Origin: the human T2T-CHM13v2.0 reference genome, Homo sapiens
Strand: one strand, 5' to 3'
NCBI RefSeq assembly: GCF_009914755.1
Contig: NC_060939.1
Length of the DNA: 64,000 nt
Part shown: positions 51,872-64,000 of the stretch, one piece after another
How the letters are laid out: every line of letters starts with the position of its first letter
How positions within the stretch are numbered: position 1 is the stretch's first letter
The notes under the pieces: model-generated
Told to the model about the DNA's origin: nothing
The model's database searches: none
The model's input: the letters and a program-made list of their open reading frames with translations, nothing else
Translations under genes and position numbers: made by a program

Positions 51872-54800
51872 GTGCATTCATATCACATGGTTGAAACTAC
51901 CTTTTGGTTGAGCAGTTTTGAATCTCTCTTTTTGTAACATCTGCAATGGATATTTGGAGCCCTTTGTGGTCTGTGGTGGAAAAGGAACTATCCTCAAATA
52001 AAAACTACACAGAAGTATTCCGAGAAACTTCCTTGTGATGTGTGCATTCATCTCACAGGGTTGAACCTTTGGTTTGATTGAGCAGTTTTGAGACAATCTT
52101 TCCATAGAATCTGGAAGTGAATATTTGGAGAACCTTGAGATCTATTTTGGAGAAGGAGATATCTTTATATGAAAACTGCACAGAAGCATTCTGAGAAACA
52201 TCTTTGTGAGGTGTGCAATGAAGTCACAGAGTTGAAACTATGTTTTGATTCAGCAGTTTTGAGTCTCTCTTTTTGCAGAATCTGCGAGTGGATATCTGGA
52301 GAACTTGGAGGCCTATTTGGAAAAGGAAATATCTTCACATATAAACTATGCAGAAGCATTTTGAGATTCTTCTTTGTGAGGTGTGCATGCAACTCACAGA
52401 GTTGAACTTATCTTTTCCTTGAGCACTTTCATATCTCATTTTCTGTAGAATCTGCAAGTGGATATTTGGAGCTCTTTGCACCCTGTGGTGGAAAGGGAAC
52501 TATCTTCATATAAAAACTACAAAGAAGCATTCAGAGAAACTTCTTGTGATGAATGCATTCCTCACACAGAGCTGAACCTTTCTTTTTATGGAGCAGTATT
52601 GAAACGCTCTTTTTGCAGAATCACCAAGTGGATATTTGGAGAGCTTTGGGGCCTGTTTTGGAAAATGAAATATCTTCAAAGTAAAACTACACAGAACCAT
52701 TCTGAGAAACTTCTTTATGATGTGTGCATTCAACTCTCAGAGTTGAACCTACCTTATGATTGAGCAATTTGGAAACACTCTTTTTGTAGAGCCTGCAAGT
52801 GGATATTTAGAACGATTTGAGGCCTATTGTGGAAAAGCAAATATCTTCACATAAAAACTACACAGAAGCATTCTGAGAAACTTCTTTGGCATGTGTGCAT
52901 TCAACTAACAGTGTTGAACGTATCTTTTGATTGAGCAGCTTAGAATCTCTCTTTTTGTAGAAAATGCAAGTAGATATTTGGAGCCCCATTTTGCCCTATG
53001 GTAGAAAACAAAACATCTTCACATAAAATCTACACAGAAGCATTCTGAGAAACTTCTTTGTGATGTTTGCATTGAACTCCCAGAGTCGAACCTATCTTTT
53101 GATAGAGCACTTTTGTATCTCTCTTTTTGCGGAATCTGCAAGTGGATATTTGGAAAGCTTGAGGCCTATTGTGAAAAAGGAAATATCTTCACATAAAAAC
53201 TACAGAGAAGCATTCTGAGAAACTTCTTTGTGAGGCATGGATTCAACCCACAGAGTTGGACTTGTCATTGAGCAGTTTTGAATCTCTCTTTTTGTCGAAT
53301 CTGCAAGTGGATATTTGGAGCCCTTTGCAACCTAGGGTGGAAAAGGAAATACCTTCAAATAAAAACTATATAGAAGCATTCCGTAAAACTTCTTTGTGAC
53401 GTGTGCATTCGTCTCACAGAGTTGAACCTATCTAATGATTGAGCGGTTTTGAAACACTCATTTTGTAGAACCTGCAAGTGGATATTGGGAGTACTTTGTG
53501 GCCTTCTTTGGAAAAGGGAATATCTTCACATAAAAACTACAAAGAAGCATTCTGAGAAACTTCTTTGTGATGTGTGCATTCATCTCACAGTGTTGGACGT
53601 TTCTTTTGATAGGGCAGTTTTGAAACACTCTTTTTCTAGAATCTGCAAGTGGATATTTGGAGCGCTTTGAGGCCTAATGTGGAAAATCAAATATCTTCAC
53701 ATAAAAACTACACAGAGGCATTCTGAGAAACTTCTTTTTTGTGTGTGCATTCAACTCACATAGTTGAAGTAATCTTTGGATTTAGCTGTTTTGAATCTCC
53801 TTTTTGCAGAATCTGCAAGTTGATACTTGGAGCCCTGTTTCACCCTATAGTGGAAAAGCAAATGTCTTCACATAAACAAACCCTACAGAGAAGCATTCAG
53901 AGAAAGTCCTTTGTGATGTGTGCATTGAACATGCAGAGTTGACACTATCTTTTGATTGTACAGTTTTGAATACGTCTTTTTGTAGAATCTGCAAGTGGAA
54001 GTTTGGAGCTGTTTGCACCCTGTGGTGTAAAAGGAAATATCTTCATATAAAAGCTACACAGAAGCATTCAGAAAGACTTCTTTGTGATGAATGCGTTCCT
54101 CACACAGAGTTGAATCTTCCTTTTTATTGAGTAGTATTGAAACCCTCTTTTTGCAGAATAACCAGGTGGATATTTGGAGAGCTTTGAGGCCTGTTTTGGA
54201 AAAGCAAATATCTTCAAATTAAAACCACACAGAAGCATTCTGAGAAGCTTCTTTGTGATGTGTGCATTCAACTCTCAGAGTTCAACGTGTCTTATGATGG
54301 AGCAGTTTGGAAACACTCTTTTTTGTAGAAACTGCAAGTGGATATGTAGAGCGATTTGAGGCCTACTGTGGAAAAGCAAATATCTTCACATAACAACTAC
54401 ACAGAAGCACTCCTAGAAACTTCTTTGTGATGTGTGAATTCAACTCACAGAGCTGAACCTATGTTTTGATGGAGTAGCTTAGAATCTCTCTTTTTTTAGA
54501 ATCTGCACGTGGATATTTGGAGCGCTTTGAGACCTAAAGTGGAAAAGCAAATATCTTCACATAAAATCTACATAGAGGCACTCTAAGAAACTTCTTTTTG
54601 ATGTGTGCATTCACCTCACAGAGCTGAACCGATCCTTCGAGTGACCAGTTTTGAATCTCTCTTTTTATACAATCTGCAAGTGGATATTTGGAGCCCTTTG
54701 CGGCCTATGGTGGAAAAGGAAATATCTTCAAATAAAAACTACACAGAAGCATTCTGAGTCCCTATTTTGGAAAAGAAAATATCTTCACTTAAACAACTAC

Positions 54801-56193
54801 GCAGAAATACTGTGAGAAACTTCTTTGTTATGTGAGCATTCAACTCACAGAGTTGAACCTATCTTTTGATTGAGCAGTTTTGAATCTCTCATTTTGCAGA
54901 ATCTGCAAGGGGATATTTGGAGCCCTTTGCGGCCTATGGTGGAAAAGGAAATACCTTCAAATGAAAAGCACACAGAGGCATTCTGAGAAACTTCCTCGTG
55001 ATTGTGCATTCAACTCACAGAGTTAAACCTATCTTATGATTGACCAGTTTTGGAACACTCTTTTCATAGGATCTGCAAGTGGATATTTGGCGTGCTTTGA
55101 GGCCTATCGTGGAAAAGCAAATAACTTCAGATAAAAACTATACAGAAGCATTCTGAGAAACTTCTTTGTGATGTGTGCATTGATCTCACAGAGTTGAAAG
55201 TGTATTTTGATTGAGCAGTTTTGAAACACTCTTTTTGTAGAATCTGCAAGTGGATAATTGGGGAGATTTGAGGTATATTGTGGAAAAGCAAGTATCTTCA
55301 TATAAAAACTATACAGAAGCTTTCTGAGAAACATCTTTGTGAGGTTTGCATTCAACTCACAGAGCTGGAACTATCTTTTGAGTGACCAGTTTTGAATCTC
55401 TCTTTTTGTACAATCTGCAAGTGGATATTTGGAGCGTTTTGAGGCCTACATTTGAAAATCAAATATCTTCCCTTAAAAGCTACACAGAAACATTCTCAGA
55501 AATTGTTTGTCATGTGTGCTTTCAAATTACCAAGTTGAACCTACCTTGTGATTGAGCAGTTTTGAATCTCTCTTTTTGTGGAATCTGCAAGTGGATATTT
55601 TTAGCCATTTGCGGACTGTGGTGGAAAAGGAATTATCTTCAAATCCATTCTACACAGAAGCATTCAGACAAACTTTTTGTGATGAGTGCATTGGTCACAC
55701 AGAATTGAACCTCTCCTTTGATTGAGCAATTCTGAAACACTCTTTCAGAGGGTCTGCAAGTGGATATTTTAGAGCTTTGGGACAATTGTGGAAAAGTAAA
55801 TATCTTCACATAGAAACTACACGGAAGCATTCTGAGAAACTTCTTTGGAGGTGTGCATTCAACTCACAGAGTTGAACCTATCTTTTCATTGAGCAGTTTT
55901 GAATCTCTCTTTTTGTAGACTCTGCTTGCAGATACTTGGAGAGCTTTGAGGCCTATTGTGGAAAAGGAATCATCTTCACATAAAAACACACAGAAGCACT
56001 CTGAGAAACTTCTTTGTGAAGTGTGCATTCAACTCACAGAGTTGAACCTATCTTTTGATTGAGAAGCTTTGAATCTCTCTTTTTGTAGAAGCTGCATGTG
56101 GATATTTGGAGACGTTTGTGGCCTATGGTAGAAAAGGCAATATCTTCAAATAAAAACTAGACAGAAGCATTTTGAGAAATTTCTCTGTGCTGT
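51872..56193 (+). repeat. HOR copy 13 (4322 bp)
   Basis: T6; variants 52389, 53264, 53864, 54463, 55935. Confidence 0.97.
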
Positions 56194-59100
56194 GTGCATT
56201 CATATCACATGGTTGAAACTACCTTTTGGTTGAGCAGTTTTGAATCTCTCTTTTTGTAACATCTGCAATGGATATTTGGAGCCCTTTGTGGTCTGTGGTG
56301 GAAAAGGAACTATCCTCAAATAAAAACTACACAGAAGTATTCCGAGAAACTTCCTTGTGATGTGTGCATTCATCTCACAGGGTTGAACCTTTGGTTTGAT
56401 TGAGCAGTTTTGAGACAATCTTTCCATAGAATCTGGAAGTGAATATTTGGAGAACCTTGAGATCTATTTTGGAGAAGGAGATATCTTTATATGAAAACTG
56501 CACAGAAGCATTCTGAGAAACATCTTTGTGAGGTGTGCAATGAAGTCACAGAGTTGAAACTATGTTTTGATTCAGCAGTTTTGAGTCTCTCTTTTTGCAG
56601 AATCTGCGAGTGGATATCTGGAGAACTTGGAGGCCTATTTGGAAAAGGAAATATCTTCACATATAAACTATGCAGAAGCATTTTGAGATTCTTCTTTGTG
56701 AGGTGTGCATGCAACTCACAGAGTTGAACTTATCTTTTCCTTGAGCACTTTCATATCTCATTTTCTGTAGAATCTGCAAGTGGATATTTGGAGCTCTTTG
56801 CACCCTGTGGTGGAAAGGGAACTATCTTCATATAAAAACTACAAAGAAGCATTCAGAGAAACTTCTTGTGATGAATGCATTCCTCACACAGAGCTGAACC
56901 TTTCTTTTTATGGAGCAGTATTGAAACGCTCTTTTTGCAGAATCACCAAGTGGATATTTGGAGAGCTTTGGGGCCTGTTTTGGAAAATGAAATATCTTCA
57001 AAGTAAAACTACACAGAACCATTCTGAGAAACTTCTTTATGATGTGTGCATTCAACTCTCAGAGTTGAACCTACCTTATGATTGAGCAATTTGGAAACAC
57101 TCTTTTTGTAGAGCCTGCAAGTGGATATTTAGAACGATTTGAGGCCTATTGTGGAAAAGCAAATATCTTCACATAAAAACTACACAGAAGCATTCTGAGA
57201 AACTTCTTTGGCATGTGTGCATTCAACTAACAGTGTTGAACGTATCTTTTGATTGAGCAGCTTAGAATCTCTCTTTTTGTAGAAAATGCAAGTAGATATT
57301 TGGAGCCCCATTTTGCCCTATGGTAGAAAACAAAACATCTTCACATAAAATCTACACAGAAGCATTCTGAGAAACTTCTTTGTGATGTTTGCATTGAACT
57401 CCCAGAGTCGAACCTATCTTTTGATAGAGCACTTTTGTATCTCTCTTTTTGCGGAATCTGCAAGTGGATATTTGGAAAGCTTGAGGCCTATTGTGAAAAA
57501 GGAAATATCTTCACATAAAAACTACAGAGAAGCATTCTGAGAAACTTCTTTGTGAGGCATGGATTCAACCCACAGAGTTGGACTTATCATTGAGCAGTTT
57601 TGAATCTCTCTTTTTGTCGAATCTGCAAGTGGATATTTGGAGCCCTTTGTAACCTAGGGTGGAAAAGGAAATACCTTCAAATAAAAACTATATAGAAGCA
57701 TTCCGTAAAACTTCTTTGTGACGTGTGCATTCGTCTCACAGAGTTGAACCTATCTAATGATTGAGCGGTTTTGAAACACTCATTTTGTAGAACCTGCAAG
57801 TGGATATTGGGAGTACTTTGTGGCCTTCTTTGGAAAAGGGAATATCTTCACATAAAAACTACAAAGAAGCATTCTGAGAAACTTCTTTGTGATGTGTGCA
57901 TTCATCTCACAGTGTTGGACGTTTCTTTTGATAGGGCAGTTTTGAAACACTCTTTTTCTAGAATCTGCAAGTGGATATTTGGAGCGCTTTGAGGCCTAAT
58001 GTGGAAAATCAAATATCTTCACATAAAAACTACACAGAGGCATTCTGAGAAACTTCTTTTTTGTGTGTGCATTCAACTCACATAGTTGAAGTAATCTTTG
58101 GATTTAGCTGTTTTGAATCTCCTTTTTGCAGAATCTGCAAGTTGATACTTGGAGCCCTGTTTCACCCTATAGTGGAAAAGCAAATGTCTTCACATAAACA
58201 AACCCTACAGAGAAGCATTCAGAGAAAGTCCTTTGTGATGTGTGCATTGAACATGCACAGTTGACACTATCTTTTGATTGTACAGTTTTGAATACGTCTT
58301 TTTGTAGAATCTGCAAGTGGAAGTTTGGAGCTGTTTGCACCCTGTGGTGTAAAAGGAAATATCTTCATATAAAAGCTACACAGAAGCATTCAGAAAGACT
58401 TCTTTGTGATGAATGCGTTCCTCACACAGAGTTGAATCTTCCTTTTTATTGAGTAGTATTGAAACCCTCTTTTTGCAGAATAACCAGGTGGATATTTGGA
58501 GAGCTTTGAGGCCTGTTTTGGAAAAGCAAATATCTTCAAATTAAAACCACACAGAAGCATTCTGAGAAGCTTCTTTGTGATGTGTGCATTCAACTCTCAG
58601 AGTTCAACGTGTCTTATGATGGAGCAGTTTGGAAACACTCTTTTTTGTAGAAACTGCAAGTGGATATGTAGAGCGATTTGAGGCCTACTGTGGAAAAGCA
58701 AATATCTTCACATAACAACTACACAGAAGCACTCCTAGAAACTTCTTTGTGATGTGTGAATTCAACTCACAGAGCTGAACCTATCTTTTGATGGAGTAGC
58801 TTAGAATCTCTCTTTTTTTAGAATCTGCACGTGGATATTTGGAGCGCTTTGAGACCTAAAGTGGAAAAGCAAATATCTTCACATAAAATCTACATAGAGG
58901 CACTCTAAGAAACTTCTTTTTGATGTGTGCATTCACCTCACAGAGCTGAACCGATCCTTCGAGTGACCAGTTTTGAATCTCTCTTTTTATACAATCTGCA
59001 AGTGGATATTTGGAGCCCTTTGCGGCCTATGGTGGAAAAGGAAATATCTTCAAATAAAAACTACACAGAAGCATTCTGAGTCCCTATTTTGGAAAAGAAA

Positions 59101-60515
59101 ATATCTTCACTTAAACAACTACGCAGAAATACTGTGAGAAACTTCTTTGTTATGTGAGCATTCAACTCACAGAGTTGAACCTATCTTTTGATTGAGCAGT
59201 TTTGAATCTCTCATTTTGCAGAATCTGCAAGGGGATATTTGGAGCCCTTTGCGGCCTATGGTGGAAAAGGAAATACCTTCAAATGAAAAGCACACAGAGG
59301 CATTCTGAGAAACTTCCTCGTGATTGTGCATTCAACTCACAGAGTTAAACCTATCTTATGATTGACCAGTTTTGGAACACTCTTTTCATAGGATCTGCAA
59401 GTGGATATTTGGCGTGCTTTGAGGCCTATCGTGGAAAAGCAAATAACTTCAGATAAAAACTATACAGAAGCATTCTGAGAAACTTCTTTGTGATGTGTGC
59501 ATTGATCTCACAGAGTTGAAAGTGTATTTTGATTGAGCAGTTTTGAAACACTCTTTTTGTAGAATCTGCAAGTGGATAATTGGGGAGATTTGAGGTATAT
59601 TGTGGAAAAGCAAGTATCTTCATATAAAAACTATACAGAAGCTTTCTGAGAAACATCTTTGTGAGGTTTGCATTCAACTCACAGAGCTGGAACTATCTTT
59701 TGAGTGACCAGTTTTGAATCTCTCTTTTTGTACAATCTGCAAGTGGATATTTGGAGCGTTTTGAGGCCTACATTTGAAAATCAAATATCTTCCCTTAAAA
59801 GCTACACAGAAACATTCTCAGAAATTGTTTGTCATGTGTGCTTTCAAATTACCAAGTTGAACCTACCTTGTGATTGAGCAGTTTTGAATCTCTCTTTTTG
59901 TGGAATCTGCAAGTGGATATTTTTAGCCATTTGCGGACTGTGGTGGAAAAGGAATTATCTTCAAATCCATTCTACACAGAAGCATTCAGACAAACTTTTT
60001 GTGATGAGTGCATTGGTCACACAGAATTGAACCTCTCCTTTGATTGAGCAATTCTGAAACACTCTTTCAGAGGGTCTGCAAGTGGATATTTTAGAGCTTT
60101 GGGACAATTGTGGAAAAGTAAATATCTTCACATAGAAACTACACGGAAGCATTCTGAGAAACTTCTTTGGAGGTGTGCATTCAACTCACAGAGTTGAACC
60201 TATCTTTTCATTGAGCAGTTTTGAATCTCTCTTTTTGTAGACTCTGCTTGCAGATACTTGGAGAGCTTTGAGGCCTATTGTGGAAAAGGAATCATCTTCA
60301 CATAAAAACACACAGAAGCACTCTGAGAAACTTCTTTGTGAAGTGTGCATTCAACTCACAGAGTTGAACCTATCTTTTGATTGAGAAGCTTTGAATCTCT
60401 CTTTTTGTAGAAGCTGCATGTGGATATTTGGAGACGTTTGTGGCCTATGGTAGAAAAGGCAATATCTTCAAATAAAAACTAGACAGAAGCATTTTGAGAA
60501 ATTTCTCTGTGCTGT
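56194..60515 (+). repeat. HOR copy 14 (4322 bp)
   Basis: T6; variants 56711, 57650, 58186, 58258, 60257. Confidence 0.97.
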
Positions 60516-63500
60516 GTGCATTCATATCACATGGTTGAAACTACCTTTTGGTTGAGCAGTTTTGAATCTCTCTTTTTGTAACATCTGCAATGGATATTTG
60601 GAGCCCTTTGTGGTCTGTGGTGGAAAAGGAACTATCCTCAAATAAAAACTACACAGAAGTATTCCGAGAAACTTCCTTGTGATGTGTGCATTCATCTCAC
60701 AGGGTTGAACCTTTGGTTTGATTGAGCAGTTTTGAGACAATCTTTCCATAGAATCTGGAAGTGAATATTTGGAGAACCTTGAGATCTATTTTGGAGAAGG
60801 AGATATCTTTATATGAAAACTGCACAGAAGCATTCTGAGAAACATCTTTGTGAGGTGTGCAATGAAGTCACAGAGTTGAAACTATGTTTTGATTCAGCAG
60901 TTTTGAGTCTCTCTTTTTGCAGAATCTGCGAGTGGATATCTGGAGAACTTGGAGGCCTATTTGGAAAAGGAAATATCTTCACATATAAACTATGCAGAAG
61001 CATTTTGAGATTCTTCTTTGTGAGGTGTGCATGCAACTCACAGAGTTGAACTTATCTTTTCCTTGAGCACTTTCATATCTCATTTTCTGTAGAATCTGCA
61101 AGTGGATATTTGGAGCTCTTTGCACCCTGTGGTGGAAAGGGAACTATCTTCATATAAAAACTACAAAGAAGCATTCAGAGAAACTTCTTGTGATGAATGC
61201 ATTCCTCACACAGAGCTGAACCTTTCTTTTTATGGAGCAGTATTGAAACGCTCTTTTTGCAGAATCACCAAGTGGATATTTGGAGAGCTTTGGGGCCTGT
61301 TTTGGAAAATGAAATATCTTCAAAGTAAAACTACACAGAACCATTCTGAGAAACTTCTTTATGATGTGTGCATTCAACTCTCAGAGTTGAACCTACCTTA
61401 TGATTGAGCAATTTGGAAACACTCTTTTTGTAGAGCCTGCAAGTGGATATTTAGAACGATTTGAGGCCTATTGTGGAAAAGCAAATATCTTCACATAAAA
61501 ACTACACAGAAGCATTCTGAGAAACTTCTTTGGCATGTGTGCATTCAACTAACAGTGTTGAACGTATCTTTTGATTGAGCAGCTTAGAATCTCTCTTTTT
61601 GTAGAAAATGCAAGTAGATATTTGGAGCCCCATTTTGCCCTATGGTAGAAAACAAAACATCTTCACATAAAATCTACACAGAAGCATTCTGAGAAACTTC
61701 TTTGTGATGTTTGCATTGAACTCCCAGAGTCGAACCTATCTTTTGATAGAGCACTTTTGTATCTCTCTTTTTGCGGAATCTGCAAGTGGATATTTGGAAA
61801 GCTTGAGGCCTATTGTGAAAAAGGAAATATCTTCACATAAAAACTACAGAGAAGCATTCTGAGAAACTTCTTTGTGAGGCATGGATTCAACCCACAGAGT
61901 TGGACTTATCATTGAGCAGTTTTGAATCTCTCTTTTTGTCGAATCTGCAAGTGGATATTTGGAGCCCTTTGTAACCTAGGGTGGAAAAGGAAATACCTTC
62001 AAATAAAAACTATATAGAAGCATTCCGTAAAACTTCTTTGTGACGTGTGCATTCGTCTCACAGAGTTGAACCTATCTAATGATTGAGCGGTTTTGAAACA
62101 CTCATTTTGTAGAACCTGCAAGTGGATATTGGGAGTACTTTGTGGCCTTCTTTGGAAAAGGGAATATCTTCACATAAAAACTACAAAGAAGCATTCTGAG
62201 AAACTTCTTTGTGATGTGTGCATTCATCTCACAGTGTTGGACGTTTCTTTTGATAGGGCAGTTTTGAAACACTCTTTTTCTAGAATCTGCAAGTGGATAT
62301 TTGGAGCGCTTTGAGGCCTAATGTGGAAAATCAAATATCTTCACATAAAAACTACACAGAGGCATTCTGAGAAACTTCTTTTTTGTGTGTGCATTCAACT
62401 CACATAGTTGAAGTAATCTTTGGATTTAGCTGTTTTGAATCTCCTTTTTGCAGAATCTGCAAGTTGATACTTGGAGCCCTGTTTCACCCTATAGTGGAAA
62501 AGCAAATGTCTTCACATAAACAAACCCTACAGAGAAGCATTCAGAGAAAGTCCTTTGTGATGTGTGCATTGAACATGCACAGTTGACACTATCTTTTGAT
62601 TGTACAGTTTTGAATACGTCTTTTTGTAGAATCTGCAAGTGGAAGTTTGGAGCTGTTTGCACCCTGTGGTGTAAAAGGAAATATCTTCATATAAAAGCTA
62701 CACAGAAGCATTCAGAAAGACTTCTTTGTGATGAATGCGTTCCTCACACAGAGTTGAATCTTCCTTTTTATTGAGTAGTATTGAAACCCTCTTTTTGCAG
62801 AATAACCAGGTGGATATTTGGAGAGCTTTGAGGCCTGTTTTGGAAAAGCAAATATCTTCAAATTAAAACCACACAGAAGCATTCTGAGAAGCTTCTTTGT
62901 GATGTGTGCATTCAACTCTCAGAGTTCAACGTGTCTTATGATGGAGCAGTTTGGAAACACTCTTTTTTGTAGAAACTGCAAGTGGATATGTAGAGCGATT
63001 TGAGGCCTACTGTGGAAAAGCAAATATCTTCACATAACAACTACACAGAAGCACTCCTAGAAACTTCTTTGTGATGTGTGAATTCAACTCACAGAGCTGA
63101 ACCTATCTTTTGATGGAGTAGCTTAGAATCTCTCTTTTTTTAGAATCTGCACGTGGATATTTGGAGCACTTTGAGACCTAAAGTGGAAAAGCAAATATCT
63201 TCACATAAAATCTACATAGAGGCACTCTAAGAAACTTCTTTTTGATGTGTGCATTCACCTCACAGAGCTGAACCGATCCTTCGAGTGACCAGTTTTGAAT
63301 CTCTCTTTTTATACAATCTGCAAGTGGATATTTGGAGCCCTTTGCGGCCTATGGTGGAAAAGGAAATATCTTCAAATAAAAACTACACAGAAGCATTCTG
63401 AGTCCCTATTTTGGAAAAGAAAATATCTTCACTTAAACAACTACGCAGAAATACTGTGAGAAACTTCTTTGTTATGTGAGCATTCAACTCACAGAGTTGA

Positions 63501-64000
63501 ACCTATCTTTTGATTGAGCAGTTTTGAATCTCTCATTTTGCAGAATCTGCAAGGGGATATTTGGAGCCCTTTGCGGCCTATGGTGGAAAAGGAAATACCT
63601 TCAAATGAAAAGCACACAGAGGCATTCTGAGAAACTTCCTCGTGATTGTGCATTCAACTCACAGAGTTAAACCTATCTTATGATTGACCAGTTTTGGAAC
63701 ACTCTTTTCATAGGATCTGCAAGTGGATATTTGGCGTGCTTTGAGGCCTATCGTGGAAAAGCAAATAACTTCAGATAAAAACTATACAGAAGCATTCTGA
63801 GAAACTTCTTTGTGATGTGTGCATTGATCTCACAGAGTTGAAAGTGTATTTTGATTGAGCAGTTTTGAAACACTCTTTTTGTAGAATCTGCAAGTGGATA
63901 ATTGGGGAGATTTGAGGTATATTGTGGAAAAGCAAGTATCTTCATATAAAAACTATACAGAAGCTTTCTGAGAAACATCTTTGTGAGGTTTGCATTCAAC
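60516..64000 (+). repeat. HOR copy 15 (partial, cut by the window end)
   Basis: T6; variants 61033, 61972, 62508, 62580 (as in copy 14) plus private 63168. Confidence 0.97.

Larger units (their letters stand above)
1..64000 (+). repeat. Alpha satellite (alphoid) higher-order repeat array, ~14.8 copies of a 4322/4323-bp HOR (25 monomers + 58-bp fragment), CENP-B-box-negative, A-type monomers
   Basis: Alphoid motifs (cagaagcattctgagaaacttctttgtgatgtgtgcattcaactcacagagttgaac; tgcaagtggatatttggag; ggaaaaggaaatatcttcacataaaaactac) recur about every 171 bp. The agaagc landmark falls at 140, 311, 481, 652, 822, 993, 1165, 1335, 1501, 1672, 1843, 2019, 2190, 2361, 2533, 2704, 2875, 2933, 3104, 3274, 3445, 3616, 3786, 3953, 4122 and 4293. 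The ORF track repeats with a 4322-4323 bp period. Confidence 0.99.

Noticed and set aside
7-63999. Numerous 61-101 aa ORFs on both strands
   Set aside because: They are chance translations of alpha satellite. They are short, overlapping and repeated with HOR period, many start at non-ATG codons, and they share monomer-derived pseudo-motifs (FCRICKW, KHSEKLLCDVC). Single SNPs or a 1-bp indel make them appear or vanish.
1-64000. CRISPR-like repeat/spacer or novel prokaryotic repeat system
   Set aside because: The sequences between conserved motifs are homologous parts of the 171-bp monomer, not unique spacers, and there are no cas or other genes.
1-64000. Transposon insertion, inversion or HOR structural variant (monomer-scale deletion)
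   Set aside because: All landmarks recur at a constant 4322/4323-bp spacing on the same strand, leaving no room for inserted or deleted sequence.
1-64000. Array as an artificial model or collapsed assembly sequence
   Set aside because: Copies carry structured, linked haplotype differences spanning several kb, which fits a genuine long-read assembly. This cannot be fully excluded without reads.

Overview
The whole 64-kb window is one uninterrupted, single-orientation array of primate (human-like) centromeric/pericentromeric alpha satellite DNA. Monomers of ~171 bp are organised into a 4322/4323-bp higher-order repeat (HOR), present as 14 complete copies plus a partial 15th. By my landmark count each HOR contains 25 full monomers plus one 58-bp truncated monomer. 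Copies differ from one another by only a few to about a dozen bases. I saw no canonical CENP-B box by eye; the box position carries A-type/pJalpha-like sequence, which suggests an older, probably kinetochore-inactive SF4-type HOR. A tentative match is the ~25-mer chromosome 15 array, but I could not verify this. There are no credible genes: every ORF is a short in-phase translation of the satellite that recurs every 4.3 kb. I found no transposon, inversion, RNA gene or CRISPR array, and no evidence of a novel gene system. The features worth attention are structural and evolutionary: a microhomology-bounded truncated monomer fixed in the HOR, an old internal duplication, two interleaved monomer classes, a near-CENP-B box, and SNP haplotypes that reveal multi-HOR duplications and mosaic copies. 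All variant calls were made by eye and may be incomplete.
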